DNA of 18,143 nucleotides from NCBI GenBank assembly GCA_041576165.1, contig JBFGLM010000075.1, positions 1 through 18,143 on the forward strand, in the 5' to 3' direction. Under the pieces are notes generated by a model. That model made no database searches. It saw nothing but the letters and a program-made list of their open reading frames with translations, and was not told the origin of the DNA. This document shows positions 16,008 to 18,143 of the stretch, in pieces (within the stretch, counting starts at the first letter, position 1; every line of letters begins with the position of its first letter). The stretch comes from Acidimicrobiia bacterium (lineage in GTDB: Bacteria; Actinomycetota; Acidimicrobiia; Spongiisociales; Spongiisociaceae). Both the position numbers and the translations under genes were made by a program.

Positions 16008-16235
16008 GTCGAGCCGCACGAACACAGCAACAGTGGCGAAAGCCTTGGAACTCAGACTGAGTATCACGTGATCGCCGAATGGACCGCATCCGGCAACGTT
16101 GTTCATTCAAAGTTGTTCCACCTCGACGACGAACCGGGAGCAACATTCACCGCCAGAGATCGCCCCCGATCCCTGGTTCGGTTCATGTCATTCATGCGGG
16201 TGGGTATCGGCTGTCTGCTTCCGGTGATCAGGTAG
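15773..16235 (+). pseudogene. VRR-NUC / PD-(D/E)xK nuclease, frameshifted and with a replaced C-terminus
   Basis: MSEAEFQD (ATG 15773) continues in the +1 frame as LAQLMRYLGY..HWRP...GWPDLV...IERKSARGHVTPEQTDWL. Similarity appears to end near 16007. Confidence 0.7.
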
Positions 16236-16308
16236 GGCGGCAACAAGCCCGACTATCACTTGGAGGCTTCGTCTCGCGCTTCGAATGCCTACCTGCTGCG
16301 CGCCCAAG

Positions 16309-16683
16309 TCACGTTTCGTCGTGTGCTGCGTCTGGCAGCGGCACTGTGGGAGGCGGCGCCGTCTCGTACGACGTATCGAGCTTCCGCTTGACCCACCAAG
16401 ACGACGGTTTCGCTGGCCGCGAAGCCGCTACGAGAAAGATGGCCGTGACCGGAAAGCCGACAATCATCAAGACAGCTGCCCCCGCGAGCAACGTCAATCC
16501 CCCGGCGCCATCTCCTTCGCGAGCGGTGTAGGCGACGTCCATTGCTGCGCTGATCATGAAGACAGAAACTCCGAGTCCGAGCACAAACCAAATGAACTTG
16601 CGTTTGAGCAGGAGCAGACCAGTAGCGCCGACGTTGAGCATTGCAACGCCTACGAAGAGGGCCACGATCACAATCGAACCCAT
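16309..16683 (-). CDS. Small membrane protein (3 TM)
   Basis: 124 aa with three hydrophobic segments. GGGAGA lies upstream of the ATG. Confidence 0.7.
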   Translation of the reverse strand: MGSIVIVALFVGVAMLNVGATGLLLLKRKFIWFVLGLGVSVFMISAAMDVAYTAREGDGAGGLTLLAGAAVLMIVGFPVTAIFLVAASRPAKPSSWWVKRKLDTSYETAPPPTVPLPDAAHDET

Positions 16684-17000
16684 CGTTTTCTCTCCCGCTC
16701 GTTATCGTCGAGCCGGTTGCTTGGCGGTCGGTCGCCTGTATCGAGCGTACCCGTCCGACGTCCGATGTGGTCGTTCGTGGTGAGCCCAACAGACGATGGC
16801 CTGCACGGCTCGGAAGAGCTGCCGGCGGCTCGTTTGTTGTCCTAGAGCTGGCGGGTCCCTACGCGGATCAACTCGGAGTCGTCGTGGCGTTACGCAACGG
16901 TCGCCGGGAGGTCGCGGTCCGCTGCAAGCAGCGCCGCGTGGGGGGGCATCCTATATGGTTGGAGACAGGTTCGCGAATGACGATCGGACGGGGACCTGAC

Positions 17001-17852
17001 ATGGCGTACGGGTCGACGGGACCATCAGGGCCAGCGATTTCTCGGCTTCGTTCCGGACGGGTTGGGTCCAGGCTCGGCCTGTTGCTTCTCATCGGCGCGT
17101 TGGTGGCGGCAGCGTGCGGGGATAGCGCCGAGTCAGCTGTTCCCAACACGATCACCGCCTCGACGGCCGGTCAGTTTGCCTTGGACATCCCGAGCCTACG
17201 GATCGATGAGCGCCTTTTCGAGCCAGCCGCCGGCACTAGCCGATTCGACCCGCGGTCGAAGGTCAGGCGCTCCGATGGCGATTGGCATTCGGTCGAGACG
17301 ACGGGAGGACTGGTAATCCCTGTTCCCTCGGGATGGGCGACGCTCGAAGTGCCTGATAACCAGGAGACGTTCATCGAATTCGCCCCCGACGCTGACCCGC
17401 TCACAGGGGAAGGGGACGTGTATCTCTTCTTCAACCACGGTCAGGGCTACCAAGGGGACGCAGACCTGGTTGTTGCCGATTGGCTCGACACCTTCAGCTC
17501 GTTTGCGGACTCCTGGGAGGGCTCGACGGTGCAGGGCCTCGGCGACTTTGACGATGGGCTCTTTGGATACGCGGCGGCAGAATTCACGCCCTCCGAGCTC
17601 GATCCCGAGGAATACGGGTTGTTCCTCGGCTTCTACTATCCGGCGATGCCCAACGACTCGGCCGTCATGATGGTCGTTGCCGCGGGTGGGGACCGTCAGG
17701 CCGAGACCATCTACGTCATCGCCGCGGCGACCGCCAAAAGCGACTGGGACGCCTACGAGCCGATCCTGCGCGCGATCTTGGACAGAACCTTCACGACCGC
17801 TGGTGAGTACCTCGGCATCGACATCCCGGATGGCTTCTCGTTCAACAGCTGA
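17001..17852 (+). CDS. Putative lipoprotein
   Basis: Basic region, hydrophobic stretch and lipobox LVAAAC-GD (Cys codon 17115-17117), then an acidic mature domain. The start is uncertain; ATG 17001 was chosen. Confidence 0.75.
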   Translation: MAYGSTGPSGPAISRLRSGRVGSRLGLLLLIGALVAAACGDSAESAVPNTITASTAGQFALDIPSLRIDERLFEPAAGTSRFDPRSKVRRSDGDWHSVETTGGLVIPVPSGWATLEVPDNQETFIEFAPDADPLTGEGDVYLFFNHGQGYQGDADLVVADWLDTFSSFADSWEGSTVQGLGDFDDGLFGYAAAEFTPSELDPEEYGLFLGFYYPAMPNDSAVMMVVAAGGDRQAETIYVIAAATAKSDWDAYEPILRAILDRTFTTAGEYLGIDIPDGFSFNS

Positions 17853-18095
17853 GGCTGGGCTACACGCGCAGGCACGGGCCGCGAAGCCGCTCGCTTTGAG
17901 GTTCTCCAACGACTCGACCTCAGCCATCGCCCAACCCAACGCCCCAGCAGCGTCCTTCCAGTCGTCGCGAGGGGACCAGTTCGGTCGAGGGAGGTCGGAG
18001 TCGAAGCCCCCTAGTTCGCCCCGTAATGGTCCGGCACGACGGATACCTCATTGCGTAGGTTCACGAGTAACTGCGGAATGGAGGTTGTTATGCGT

Positions 18096-18140
18096 CGCGT
18101 AGTCATTGACGTTCTCGATCGAGAAGCCAATGACTATGCG
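18096..18140. repeat. Long imperfect palindrome or hairpin (REP-like), possibly extending beyond the window
   Basis: CGCGTAGTCATTG (18096-18108) pairs with CAATGACTATGCG (18128-18140) around the perfect palindrome TTCTCGATCGAGAA (18112-18125). Confidence 0.75.
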
Positions 18141-18143
18141 CAA

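Noticed and set aside
16641-17000. N-terminal extension of the lipoprotein ORF
   Set aside because: It would place the lipobox ~160 aa from the start and would overlap the divergent gene.
17853-18025. tmRNA-like 5' end on the minus strand (GGGGCGAACTAGGGGGCTTCGAC)
   Set aside because: The resemblance is loose. There is no tag peptide or matching 3' T-arm/CCA end, and a full tmRNA would overlap the lipoprotein gene.
18085-18143. Integron attC site (GTTATGC beside a bulged hairpin)
   Set aside because: No matching partner box is visible in the window, and there is no integrase or cassette array.

Overview
This is a GC-rich accessory-type window. The gene content (Sec-exported RTX protein, leaderless-type TANNNT promoters, PPDK with a coiled-coil insertion) suggests an actinobacterium, possibly Acidimicrobiia-like; that assignment is an inference. 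From left to right it holds: (1) a co-oriented trio of a membrane-anchored Ig/CnaB-repeat surface protein (5' end outside the window), an amphipathic-helix protein and a DUF2235/Tle1-like hydrolase; (2) secreted proteins on the minus strand (a small Cys-pair protein, an RTX Ca-binding repeat protein and a 7-repeat HAF-like propeller); (3) a 245-bp direct repeat that duplicates the promoter and 5' end of a DUF1295 gene and brackets the propeller gene; (4) ppdK; (5) SRPBCC, membrane protein and CMD/AhpD-like genes; (6) a mosaic in which an alkyltransferase-like (PWWRV) gene is fused in frame to a phage primase C-terminus, runs over a symmetric iteron-like palindrome and into a frameshifted VRR-NUC nuclease; (7) a membrane protein, a lipoprotein and a double hairpin at the right edge. 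I found no rRNA, tRNA, CRISPR array, integrase, transposase or reverse transcriptase. All family assignments come from motif recognition by eye, not database searches.
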